Shown here one piece after another: positions 10,332-19,817 of a DNA stretch of 64,000 bases; the stretch's first letter is position 1; every line of letters begins with the position of its first letter. The notes beneath the pieces are model-generated. The model was not told the DNA's origin. It saw only the letters and a list, made by a program, of their open reading frames with translations, and made no database searches. Source of the stretch: an uncultured Gemmatimonadaceae bacterium (GTDB lineage Bacteria; Gemmatimonadota; Gemmatimonadetes; Gemmatimonadales; Gemmatimonadaceae); NCBI GenBank assembly GCA_963817955.1, contig CAWFQK010000002.1, forward strand, positions 864,001 to 928,000, written 5' to 3'. The translations under genes were made by a program, and so were the position numbers.

Positions 10332-11621
10332 ATGCGATCTCATGCACTGCTCGACGAGCTCCGGTGGCGTGGCCTGCTGCACCAGCACACTGACCAGGTC
10401 GCGGAAATTCTCAGCAGCGGCCCGGTGTCAGGATACATCGGATTCGATCCCACCGCTCCCAGCTTGCACATCGGGAGCCTGCTCGTCGTCATGCTGCTCG
10501 TCCGCCTGCAGCGGCACGGGCATCGGCCGGTCGCCCTCGTCGGCGGAGGCACGGGGCTCATTGGCGATCCAAGCGGCAAGGCGAGCGAGCGACCACTCGC
10601 CGATTCGGCGCAAGTCGCCGAGAATGCGGACAAGATCCGGAGACAGCTCGAGCGATTCCTGGATTTCACCGGTCCGAATGCCGCGCGCATGATCAACAAT
10701 GCAGACTGGCTGGTCGAGCTGCGCGCCGTGGAATTCATGCGGGACGTCGGCAAGCACTTCACGATCAACTACATGCTCCAGAAGGACTCGGTGCAGAGCC
10801 GGATGGACACCGGCATCTCGTTCACCGAGTTCTCCTACATGCTGCTGCAGGCCTACGATTTCCTGGAGTTGCGGCGCCGGCACGACGTGCGCCTGCAACT
10901 GGGCGGCAGCGATCAATGGGGTAATATCACGGCCGGTATCGAGCTCATTCGCCGCACGCTCGGCACCGACGCACACGCCATCACGTCGCCACTCGTGACG
11001 ACGTCGGCGGGAACGAAGTTCGGCAAGACAGAGGCAGGCGCCGTGTGGTTGGACGCGTCGCTCACGTCGCCGTACAAGTTCTATCAGTTCTGGGTCAACG
11101 TGGACGATCGCGACGTGGGGCGGTACCTGCGCTTCTTCACGCTGCTGGATCGACCGGCAATCGAATTGCTCGATCAACTGGTGGCCGATAAGCCGGAGCA
11201 GCGCGAGGCGCAGCAAACGCTGGCCCGCGAAGTGACGCGCATGGTGCATGGCGAGAAGGCGCTGGCCGCGGCGGAAGAAGTATCGTCGCTGCTCTTTGGC
11301 GGCGCCGACCCCAAGACGCTTTCTGCGGACGCACTCGTGGCACTCAAGCTCGAGATTCCGGTATTCAGTGTCGAGCCTGATGCGGAGCGGGTCGCCCTGA
11401 CCACGTACGACGTGCTGGAAGCGGTGTGCGTCGGCAACGATGCGCTGTTCAAGAGCAAGGGTGATTCGCGGCGCATGGTGCAGCAGGGTGGCGTGTACCT
11501 CAACGGCCAGCGCATGGAGGCGGAACGCAAGGCCATTCCCGCCGAGGAGTTGCTCGGCGGCAGGTACGTGCTCGTTCGGAAGGGCGCGCGCAGCTACGGC
11601 TTGGTGGAAGTAGGCGGGTAG
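10332..11621 (+). CDS. tyrS: Tyrosine--tRNA ligase
   Basis: GFDPTAPSLHIG, QLGGSDQWGNI, KFGKT, S4-like tail. Confidence 0.97.
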   Translation: MRSHALLDELRWRGLLHQHTDQVAEILSSGPVSGYIGFDPTAPSLHIGSLLVVMLLVRLQRHGHRPVALVGGGTGLIGDPSGKASERPLADSAQVAENADKIRRQLERFLDFTGPNAARMINNADWLVELRAVEFMRDVGKHFTINYMLQKDSVQSRMDTGISFTEFSYMLLQAYDFLELRRRHDVRLQLGGSDQWGNITAGIELIRRTLGTDAHAITSPLVTTSAGTKFGKTEAGAVWLDASLTSPYKFYQFWVNVDDRDVGRYLRFFTLLDRPAIELLDQLVADKPEQREAQQTLAREVTRMVHGEKALAAAEEVSSLLFGGADPKTLSADALVALKLEIPVFSVEPDAERVALTTYDVLEAVCVGNDALFKSKGDSRRMVQQGGVYLNGQRMEAERKAIPAEELLGGRYVLVRKGARSYGLVEVGG

Positions 11622-11622
11622 C

Positions 11623-12780
11623 TCACCCTCCGAGCAGCTCCAGCACACGCGCGATTTCAGATTCAGTGTTGTAGGCGTGCGGCGACAGCCTCACCGATCC
11701 TTCGCGGAGTGAGTGCGAGACGCCCGCCTCTCGCAGCCGCTGGCTGGTGGCGAGCGAATCGCGCAGCTTGAGCGACACGATCCCGGCGTGGCTTGAGTGC
11801 TCGGGCGGGGTGACGAGGGTAACGTCGTCATGCGATTGCGCCCATGTCACTATTCGGTCAGTCAGGCCCGCGATATGGCAGGCAACCGCGGCCGGCCCCA
11901 GCTCGTGAAAGAGTTCCAGGCTAGCGTTCATGCCGACGAAATCCTGGAAGGGCAATGTGATGAACTCGAACCGGCGTGCGTCGTCGCGCCAGGTGAGATC
12001 GTAATCGAGCAGGCGCGTGAAATCGTCGGACCCGCGCACATCCATCCAGCTCACGTCGTGGGGTTCTATACGTTGCACGAGCTCGTCCCGAACGTACACG
12101 AATCCGGAACCCCAGGGCGACAGCAGCCACTTCTGCGCGCCGCACGCGAGAATGTCCACGTGGACTTCCGACAGATTCAGCGTCAGCGCGCCAAGCCCCT
12201 GGATGGCGTCGACCACGAAGAAGATGCCGCGTTCACGGCATGCCCGGCCAATCGCGGCAATGTCGAGCCTGGCCCCGGAGGCAAAGCCCACCCACGAGAG
12301 CGCCAGCACACGCGGCTCGATCGCGTCGAGGGCAGCGAACACGGTTTCATCATCGATCACTCCGCCGGCCGCCTGAATGCGCCTGTGCTCGATGCCGCGA
12401 CGGCGCTCGGCTTCCATCCAGGGATAGATGTTTGCCGGGAATTCGAGGTCCGGCGTCAACACGATGTCACCCGGCTCGAGCGGCAGCGAGAACGCCGCGA
12501 GGTTGATGCCGTAACTCGTGTTCGTGGCCAGCGCGATCTCGCGTGGACTGGCGCCGACCAACCGGGCGATGAGCTCGCGCGATCGCGCCAGCGCATCGAA
12601 CTGCAGGCGATCGGACAAGCGATACGGTGCGCCGCGCACTGCATTGAACTCGGCGGTCGCCCGCAGCGCGCGCTGCGGGAGCGCACCGGTGGAGGCGTGG
12701 TTCATGTAGACCGCTTCACCGGCCGCGGCCCACGGAAACTCGGAGGCGCGCAGCGCCTCAACGTTATAGGTGGTCGTCAC
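11623..12780 (-). CDS. Aminotransferase class V (cysteine desulfurase/isopenicillin N epimerase-like)
   Basis: YMNHAS, VDAIQG, GAQKWLLSP (PLP Lys), RLSPHAYN. Confidence 0.9.
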   Translation of the reverse strand: MTTTYNVEALRASEFPWAAAGEAVYMNHASTGALPQRALRATAEFNAVRGAPYRLSDRLQFDALARSRELIARLVGASPREIALATNTSYGINLAAFSLPLEPGDIVLTPDLEFPANIYPWMEAERRRGIEHRRIQAAGGVIDDETVFAALDAIEPRVLALSWVGFASGARLDIAAIGRACRERGIFFVVDAIQGLGALTLNLSEVHVDILACGAQKWLLSPWGSGFVYVRDELVQRIEPHDVSWMDVRGSDDFTRLLDYDLTWRDDARRFEFITLPFQDFVGMNASLELFHELGPAAVACHIAGLTDRIVTWAQSHDDVTLVTPPEHSSHAGIVSLKLRDSLATSQRLREAGVSHSLREGSVRLSPHAYNTESEIARVLELLGG

Positions 12781-13658
12781 GGCCGCGCGATGTCCGGGAG
12801 ACCAGCGCCGCGCGGAATGGCCGCCCGCAACGCTCGTGGATCGAGCGCGTCGCGCAGGGCATCACCGAGCAGGTTGAAGCCGAGCACGGCGGACCCGATC
12901 GCGAGGCCGGGGAACACCGACGTCCACGGCGCATGGCGAAGCTGGTACAGGTCGCGCCCGTCGGCGATCATCGACCCCCAACTCGGCGTGGGCGGCTGGA
13001 CTCCCAGCCCGAGGAACGACAGCGACGACTCGGCCATGATGGCTCCGGCAACGCCGAGCGTCCCGGCGATCACGACGGGCGCCACGACACTCGGCAATAT
13101 GTGTTGAATGAGTATTCTCGTATCACGCGCACCCAGCGCCCGTACGGCCTGCACGAACTCCATCTCACGCACGACGAGCACCTGCCCGCGAACCAGGCGG
13201 GCCATGCCCGCCCAGCCCACCACTCCGATCGTGATGAACACAACAGTGAGCGACGGTTGGAGCGCCGCCACGAGGGCGATCAACAACAGCAGCGTCGGAA
13301 AGGCGAGCGTGACGTCTGCCAGACGCATGACCAGCTCATCGACCCAGCGGCCGTAGTAGCCGGCAAGCAGCCCGAGGACGACACCAAGCGACAGCGCGAT
13401 CCCTTGCGAGACGATGCCGACCGACAACGAGACGCGCGCGCCATACACCAAGCGAGCCCACACGTCCCGGCCCTGGATGTCAGTGCCGAACCAGTGATGA
13501 AATGACGGCGGCTGGAGCGAATTGATGAGATCCACGCCAAAGGGATCGTGGAACGCAAACAACGGCGCCGCCACGGCCATCACAGCCAGCAGCACGATGA
13601 CGCCCCCGCCGAACCAAACGCGCTTGTCCGTCTTCAAGCGATCCGTCGAACGACTCAT
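12777..13658 (-). CDS. ABC peptide transporter permease (DppC/OppC family)
   Basis: FGTDIQGRD, EAA-like FVQAVRALGA, LSFLGLGVQPPTPSWG, NLLGDALRDALDP; ATG at 13658 overlaps upstream stop. Confidence 0.92.
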   Translation of the reverse strand: MSRSTDRLKTDKRVWFGGGVIVLLAVMAVAAPLFAFHDPFGVDLINSLQPPSFHHWFGTDIQGRDVWARLVYGARVSLSVGIVSQGIALSLGVVLGLLAGYYGRWVDELVMRLADVTLAFPTLLLLIALVAALQPSLTVVFITIGVVGWAGMARLVRGQVLVVREMEFVQAVRALGARDTRILIQHILPSVVAPVVIAGTLGVAGAIMAESSLSFLGLGVQPPTPSWGSMIADGRDLYQLRHAPWTSVFPGLAIGSAVLGFNLLGDALRDALDPRALRAAIPRGAGLPDIARP

Positions 13659-14602
13659 AGCGGATCTCCGAGCTCCGGTGGTGTGCCCGGCCGCTGATGC
13701 TTCCAGCGGCGATGATGCCAGAGATATTGCTCGGGCGCACGACGCACCCACCGTTCCAGCATGGTCGTATAGGCAGCAACAATCCGGTCGACGTCGGCGT
13801 CGCGGTCGCCAGTGTCGGTCGCGTCGATGGGCTCGAAGGTGAGGTGATACCGCCCGGACGGCTGGCGCAGCGCCACGCCAAAAATGATCGGAGTGTCCAG
13901 ACGCAGCGAGAACACGGCCGGTCCGCGCGGTGTCTTCGCATAGCGCCCAAAGAACGGCACCCACGCGGACGCCAACCCAACAGCCCCCTGATCGACGAGA
14001 AACGCCACGGCACGGCCGCCACGCAACGACCGCGGTACGCGACGCACCGCTTGTTCGTCGGGCACTACCGTCATGCCTATCCGCTGCCGAGTGCTGGTGA
14101 GATACCGGTCCACCAACGGGTTCGCCATGTGGCGCGCGACCACGTCTATGGGGGTTCCCCGGGCTGCGATATAGGCCCCGCCAAGCTCCCAATTGCCCAG
14201 GTGGCCCGTGACCAAGATCAATCCCTTCCCACGGGCGAGCCGCTCTTCGACGAGGTCCCAGCCGTTGACCTCTTCGAACAACGCGATGATGTCCGACTGG
14301 CTGTACGACGGCAGGACGACGGTCTCGATGGTCGTCCTGCCGAGGTGCGCGTACGCGGCGCGCGCAATGCGCTCGATGTCCGGCGCAGTGCGTTCGGGAA
14401 ATGCCGCCGTGAGCTGGCGCAGAACGACTTCGCGGCGAATGCCGACCGGGCTGTACCCGAAACTCCCGATGTGCTCGCCGAACTTGGCGGCGTTGAAGAA
14501 GCCAAGGCGCCCGATCGCGGCCACCACGCTGCGTAGCGCGACGTATTCGACGCGATGCGTGAATGTGGGGCGGTGCGCGCCGGCGGCGGCTACGTCGTCC
14601 AT
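13655..14602 (-). CDS. Lipid A lauroyl/myristoyl acyltransferase (LpxL/HtrB family)
   Basis: GHLGNWE, LVDQ, PEQYLWHHRRWK. Confidence 0.9.
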   Translation of the reverse strand: MDDVAAAGAHRPTFTHRVEYVALRSVVAAIGRLGFFNAAKFGEHIGSFGYSPVGIRREVVLRQLTAAFPERTAPDIERIARAAYAHLGRTTIETVVLPSYSQSDIIALFEEVNGWDLVEERLARGKGLILVTGHLGNWELGGAYIAARGTPIDVVARHMANPLVDRYLTSTRQRIGMTVVPDEQAVRRVPRSLRGGRAVAFLVDQGAVGLASAWVPFFGRYAKTPRGPAVFSLRLDTPIIFGVALRQPSGRYHLTFEPIDATDTGDRDADVDRIVAAYTTMLERWVRRAPEQYLWHHRRWKHQRPGTPPELGDPL

Positions 14603-15684
14603 TTGGTCCGATCTCCAGCGGTGTTGACGGCGCGCTCGTACCCGTCGATCATGGCCGATTCCGAGAAGTCGCGCTGTACGCGCGTGCGCGCGGCGACTCC
14701 CATTGCGGATAGCTTCTCGGCGCCGGTGAGGAACGCGGTCACGCCTGACGCGGTGTACGACGGGGCAGCCGCGGCAAGCAGCAATCCGGTAATTCCGTCC
14801 GCTACGTAGTGCTGCGTCAGTGGGGAGCGCTCGGCGATCACGGGCACGCGCAGAGCCATGAAATCGAGACAGCAAAACGCGCCGTCATCGCTCGCCGAAA
14901 CGGACCAGCCCACATCCGCGGCGCGCATGATGGCGTGTGCGTCGTCGCGCTCGCCGAGAAAGCTCACGATGCGGTTGACGCCCACAGCCGACGCATGCAT
15001 ACGCAACTCGTCCGAGCGCGAGCCCGTCCCGAACAGGGCGACATGGAGTGTAGGATGGCGCGGCGCGAGGATCGCGACGGTGCGGAAGAGCGCGCCAACG
15101 CGGTTACGGCCCGAGGGATCGTAATGACACGCGATGAGCAGGCCGGACGCTGGAGCCTCAAGGGATTCGCGCGATGCAGGCTCGACGCCATCATACGCAT
15201 TCACGTCGACACCGAGCGGTGCGACCATCGTGGAAATGGGCCAACCATGCGTGTCGAGACTCTTGAGCTCCCGCTCCGTGGTAACGACTACGCCGGCAGC
15301 GGCCAGCTTCAGTGCGAGCTTGCCGCTCCGTTGGTGATCCGGCGGCTCGAACGGCGCAATTCGTCGAAGCACGCTGCCGCGCCTTGCAAAGCGCATGGCC
15401 GAGGCGACGATGAAGTGGTCCCGTGCGGTACCGACGAGGGCCACCTCTATGAAGCGCGTCTGCAGCACTCTGCGCAGGTCCCAGGCATTGCTGGCGATTG
15501 ATGCCAGGGGGTCGATGAGCGTCGTGTCGAGCCCTGCATCACGTGCATGCCGCTCGAGGCGGCTCTCGCCGCAGCAGGCGACGGTTACCTGATGGCCGCG
15601 CGCCGCGAGCCCGCGCGCGGCAACGAAGATCGCGCGCGCACTTCCCGTCCACTGCATGTCTGTCAGATAGAACAGGACGCGCAT
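14590..15684 (-). CDS. Glycosyltransferase family 4 (GT-B)
   Basis: LAARGHQV, SFLGERDD, MALRVPVIA, DGITGLL. Confidence 0.85.
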   Translation of the reverse strand: MRVLFYLTDMQWTGSARAIFVAARGLAARGHQVTVACCGESRLERHARDAGLDTTLIDPLASIASNAWDLRRVLQTRFIEVALVGTARDHFIVASAMRFARRGSVLRRIAPFEPPDHQRSGKLALKLAAAGVVVTTERELKSLDTHGWPISTMVAPLGVDVNAYDGVEPASRESLEAPASGLLIACHYDPSGRNRVGALFRTVAILAPRHPTLHVALFGTGSRSDELRMHASAVGVNRIVSFLGERDDAHAIMRAADVGWSVSASDDGAFCCLDFMALRVPVIAERSPLTQHYVADGITGLLLAAAAPSYTASGVTAFLTGAEKLSAMGVAARTRVQRDFSESAMIDGYERAVNTAGDRTKWTT

Positions 15685-15685
15685 A

Positions 15686-17548
15686 TCAGACGTTGGCGGT
15701 CACTCGTTCGTCGCGGAACTGCAGGGAGTGGAGACGGAAATACGTTCCACGTTCGGCGAGCAGTTCGGCGTGCGTCCCCCGTTCCACCACGCGTCCGTGA
15801 TCGAGCACCAGGATCACGTCAGCATGAATGATGGTGGACAAACGGTGCGCGATGACGAACACCGTGCGGCCGGCGAGCAATCGGTCCACGGCTTCCTGGA
15901 CGAGTCGTTCCGACTCGGTGTCGAGCGCCGACGTGGCCTCGTCGAGGATGAGGATTGGTGGATCGACGAGAAGAGCGCGGGCGATCGCGAGCCGCTGGCG
16001 CTGCCCGCCGGACAGACGCGTGCCGCGTTCGCCGAGGACCGTCTCGTAACCGTCAGGCAACGCAACGATGAAGTCGTGGGCGTTCGCGGCTCGGGCGGCG
16101 CGCTCCACCTGCTCCTGCGTGAACCGCTCGGCGGCACCGTAGGCGATGTTATTGCGGACCGTGTCGTTGAACAGCACCGTGTCCTGGCTCACGATGCCGG
16201 TGAGCGCGCGAAGGGACGACAGTTTGATCTCGCGGGCGTCCACGCCGTCGAACAACACGCGGCCCGCGGTGGGTTCGTAGAAACGTGGAATGAGATCGAC
16301 GAGTGTGCTCTTCCCCGCCCCGCTCGCTCCAACGAGCGCCATCACCGATCCGCGCCGCGCCACGAAGCTGATGTCGCTGAGCACGGGCTCGGTGTCATAG
16401 GCGAATGACACTTCGTTGAATTCAATGCCCCGTTCGAGGCGCTCGATCACCTTGGTGCCGCGGTCGCTCTGTTGCTCGGTGGGCCGATCCAACACGTCGA
16501 ACAATCGCTCGGCGGCGGCCAGCGACTGCTGCGCCGTGGTGGGCGCCTGCGAAAGCTGTTTGAGCGGCGGCAGGAGCTGCATCACGAGCGTCATGAAGAC
16601 GATCAGACTACCAGCATCCATTCCTTTGCCACTCAACACATCGATAGCGCCAATCCAGAGAATCAGCACGGCGATGGACATGCCGATCACTTCCGTCAGT
16701 GGCTGCGATAGCGCGGCGACGCGATTGATGCGAACCATGCCTTCCGAGTACCGGCTGCTCGCCGAGCCAAACCGTTCATCCTCGTACGGTTCTCCGCCGA
16801 ACGACTTCACCATGCGTACGCCGCTCACCACTTCCTGCAATACGCTGGTGGCCTCGCCGAAGTCGTTCCGACTGCGGCGGTACCCCTTACGAAGTCTTCG
16901 CAGCACCGGCTGCAGCGCCAGCGTGAGCAGTGGCGCGACGATGAGCGACAGCAGGGTGAGCTTGACATTCATCGCGAGTAGCACCGCGATGGTCGTGACG
17001 ATCGTCGCCGCGTTCTGTACGGTCCGGGTCACCAACTCGGTGATCAGCACCTTCGTCTGATCGGTATCAGACAGGATCTTGGAGATGATCTGGCCGACTT
17101 TCGTCTGCTGGAAGTACCCGAGCGGCAGTCGCTGCATGTGTTCGAAGACCCGGTCGCGCAGGTCACGGGTGACGTATTCCTGCAGTGACGCAGCGAACTG
17201 ACCGGCCAGCCAGACGAAGACGTTCTTCACCGCAACGACAGCAACCATCACGAGGATGACGACCGCGAGCGAGCCCTTGGGATTGCGCGGATCGAGGAAG
17301 GCCCCGATGGTGACGTTCTGGAGCCGCGTGATCCAGCCAGAGTCCTTGGAGAGCAGACTGTCTTTTTGCTGGAACAGCGCGTTCAAGAACGGAATGAGCA
17401 GCGTATACGAAAACGCGCCGAGCGCGGCGGCGAGTGTGCTGCACACCACATTGCCCGTCATCCGCCACCAGTGGGGGCGCAGGAAGGGCAGCAGCCGTCT
17501 ATACGTGGAACTCGAAACGCGCAGGTTCTCTGGCCGGGATGGCGTCAT
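15686..17548 (-). CDS. msbA: Lipid A export ABC transporter ATP-binding/permease
   Basis: TM domain plus GASGAGKS, LSGGQRQR, LDEATSALD; adjacent to LpxL-like gene. Confidence 0.85.
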   Translation of the reverse strand: MTPSRPENLRVSSSTYRRLLPFLRPHWWRMTGNVVCSTLAAALGAFSYTLLIPFLNALFQQKDSLLSKDSGWITRLQNVTIGAFLDPRNPKGSLAVVILVMVAVVAVKNVFVWLAGQFAASLQEYVTRDLRDRVFEHMQRLPLGYFQQTKVGQIISKILSDTDQTKVLITELVTRTVQNAATIVTTIAVLLAMNVKLTLLSLIVAPLLTLALQPVLRRLRKGYRRSRNDFGEATSVLQEVVSGVRMVKSFGGEPYEDERFGSASSRYSEGMVRINRVAALSQPLTEVIGMSIAVLILWIGAIDVLSGKGMDAGSLIVFMTLVMQLLPPLKQLSQAPTTAQQSLAAAERLFDVLDRPTEQQSDRGTKVIERLERGIEFNEVSFAYDTEPVLSDISFVARRGSVMALVGASGAGKSTLVDLIPRFYEPTAGRVLFDGVDAREIKLSSLRALTGIVSQDTVLFNDTVRNNIAYGAAERFTQEQVERAARAANAHDFIVALPDGYETVLGERGTRLSGGQRQRLAIARALLVDPPILILDEATSALDTESERLVQEAVDRLLAGRTVFVIAHRLSTIIHADVILVLDHGRVVERGTHAELLAERGTYFRLHSLQFRDERVTANV

Positions 17549-17551
17549 GCG

Positions 17552-17695
17552 TCAGCGCCGAGGGGTGAGCAGCGATTCGCCGGCATTGGATGCCATTTCG
17601 ACCTCGAACCCATTGTCCCGCAAAAAGATGCGGTGAGGTTCGAGGAGCTCCGCCTCGTCATCTACCCAGAGGACGGATTTCGCCGATTGCGCCAT
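17552..17695 (-). pseudogene. Truncated response-regulator receiver N-terminus (47 aa)
   Basis: MAQSAKSVLWVDDEAELLEPHRIFLRDNGFEVEMASNA, then stop before the phospho-Asp strand. Confidence 0.7.
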
Positions 17696-17774
17696 GCGCA
17701 AAATATAGCGGGCGGGGACGATGGCAGATGGCGGACGGGTAGCGGAGGGACGCGTGATAGGGCCAGATTGCGCT

Positions 17775-18170
17775 GTGCTCGTGAATTCCCCGCCATACGC
17801 TCTGGCACCAGCCAATTTTCGCTTCGCGGCGCTCGCCGCGTTGGCAGGGCGTGCGCCGCTCGGCGGCCAGCGGGAGGTGGCGCTGGCCACTTACCTCGCC
17901 GCCAGGCTGTCACATGACTGCCTCCCCGAGCGCGGATTGGCGCCGGCAATTCGCGCCGAACGAGCTTCGGCCGCCAAGGCTTGGCTGGCGGCGCTCACCC
18001 TGCCGGCACCGGTTCGGCCGGCGCTGGTGAGGCTGGTTGACGCGACCTCGGGTGAGGCGGGTGGCGCCGTGGGAGCGCTACGAGCTGTGATCACGGTCAC
18101 AGCGGGGCTGGTCGATCCGGCGTCGAGGCTGGAGCTGGAGCAGCTTGCGGCGGGGCTGGAGCGGGGGTGA
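17775..18170 (+). CDS. Conserved hypothetical protein (start uncertain)
   Basis: Ala/Leu-rich helical ORF with normal codon usage, divergent from the receiver fragment. Confidence 0.6.
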   Translation: MLVNSPPYALAPANFRFAALAALAGRAPLGGQREVALATYLAARLSHDCLPERGLAPAIRAERASAAKAWLAALTLPAPVRPALVRLVDATSGEAGGAVGALRAVITVTAGLVDPASRLELEQLAAGLERG

Positions 18171-18495
18171 GAGACGGGACACGGGACACGGGCGCGGCTT
18201 CGGGTTGTCGAGCATGCGTGCCTTCTCGCACCGGGCGGCGCAGCGTGGATTGGGCTCCGGGTCGTTGACCAGCTGGATGTCGCTGGCTGCTCCGTAGCGG
18301 TCGGCCCACCGGTCGGCGAGTTCCGAGTTTCCAGTGATGAGTGATGCGTTGCGCGTTGTTACAAACTCACAACTCACGACTCACAACTGGACACCCGAAC
18401 CTCGCCGACCGGCGATAGTGGCCTGCGAGCCAGGCGCCCTGGTGCGCACGACCCGTACACTCACAACTGACAACTGATCACTGACCACGGTACGC

Positions 18496-18554
18496 GCAAA
18501 GCCTGTCATCCTGAGCAAAGCCTGTCATCCTGAGCAAAGCGAAGGATCTCTGTG
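18496..18554 (+). repeat. REP-like element with a 19-bp tandem duplication (GCAAAGCCTGTCATCCTGA x2)
   Basis: Read directly; matches the reverse complement of 7787-7817. Confidence 0.85.
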
Positions 18555-18578
18555 ACCGGCGGGCCATGGAACAGCTAC

Positions 18579-18941
18579 CTACCGCGGAGCGCGCAGAGGG
18601 ACGCGGGGCAGCGGGGCAAGCTTGGCGATCTGCTTGGCATCCTTTGACCGTAGCGCGTGCCAGAGATCCCAGTCGGACTGGAGCCCGAGCCAAAAATCGG
18701 CACTCATCCCGGTGACTTGGGCCAGGCGAAGCGCCGTGTCTGGAGTGACGGCGCGTTTGCCGCGAATGACCTCCTTCAGCCGGGGAAACGACACGCCCAA
18801 TCGGATCGCGAACGCCGATTGCGAGATGCCGAGCGGCTTGAGGAACTCCTCGAGCAGCATTTCGCCGGGCGCGGTTGGCGGACGCTCGGTCGGGAGTCGC
18901 CGCCGGACCAGGGAGCGCGAGGCGACGCGTTTCTCCGTCAA
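18579..18941 (-). CDS. higA: HigA-family antitoxin (Xre HTH)
   Basis: PGEMLLEEFLKPLGISQ, AVTPDTALRLA, SADFWLGLQ. Confidence 0.9.
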   Translation of the reverse strand: MTEKRVASRSLVRRRLPTERPPTAPGEMLLEEFLKPLGISQSAFAIRLGVSFPRLKEVIRGKRAVTPDTALRLAQVTGMSADFWLGLQSDWDLWHALRSKDAKQIAKLAPLPRVPLRAPR

Positions 18942-18957
18942 TGAGAAAACCGAGATG

Positions 18958-19473
18958 TCAGCCTACGCCTGCCGACTCTGCTTTCCAGCCGGTCCTTTCA
19001 TTTTGAACAGTGACGTTGACCGCCTTCGCCCTCGGAGCGCTCAATGTGTCCGGCAGATCACGCAGTAGATCGTCCACGGCGTAATTGTCCGTCGGCTCGT
19101 GCGACTTCACTAGGGCGCGGAGCAGGTGATCGGTCGGTTCGCCCATGCGCTCCTTGTCGTTTTCCCAGCGGGAAACCGTCTCACGGGTGACGCCCATGCG
19201 GTGGGCGAAATCCTCCGACGACAATCCGAGATGCGTTCGCAGAAAGCGGACTTCGACGCCAAGCAGCAGACGTGGTTGCCGGACGAGATAGTCAGCCAAC
19301 ACGCGATGCAGCTGACCGATGCGGGGGATCTTGACGCTCTCGTCGCCGCATGCTCCACAACGCCGTATCTCGACGCCTTGAAGCGTCGCGTGATGCAATC
19401 CCCCCATGTCGTACCGGATTACCGCCTTGCGCTCGACTGTCACCCGATCGCTGCCACACTCAGCGCAATTCAT
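18958..19473 (-). CDS. MqsA-like antitoxin (zinc ribbon + Xre HTH)
   Basis: CAEC...CGACG zinc ligands; EVRFLRTHLGLSSEDFAHRMGVTRETVSRWE HTH. Confidence 0.85.
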   Translation of the reverse strand: MNCAECGSDRVTVERKAVIRYDMGGLHHATLQGVEIRRCGACGDESVKIPRIGQLHRVLADYLVRQPRLLLGVEVRFLRTHLGLSSEDFAHRMGVTRETVSRWENDKERMGEPTDHLLRALVKSHEPTDNYAVDDLLRDLPDTLSAPRAKAVNVTVQNERTGWKAESAGVG

Positions 19474-19817
19474 TTTCCTCGTTTCTCCATGCGGCGATCA
19501 CACAGGGTTCCGTTTGCGCAACCGCCGTGAGCCTGCGGCATGAGACATCATATAATAGTGTGAGGTAACCGCAAACCCCCGACCAGGCTAACACGCGGAA
19601 GCGGACACAGCGCAAGTGATCCTACTCTTGGGCAAGCGATACCTCGCATTGTGCGGCGCGATCCCGCATGCGGGGAATGGTAGTATTGGTCCAGATGAGA
19701 CGGTACGAGACAACAGACGTGTGACCATCCGCGCAAATAGACTATATTTCGTACGTCGCGAAAGACGTGTACTGGAACGGCGACAACCACGGCGTGCCGC
19801 GCTCGCTCATCCGTCCA

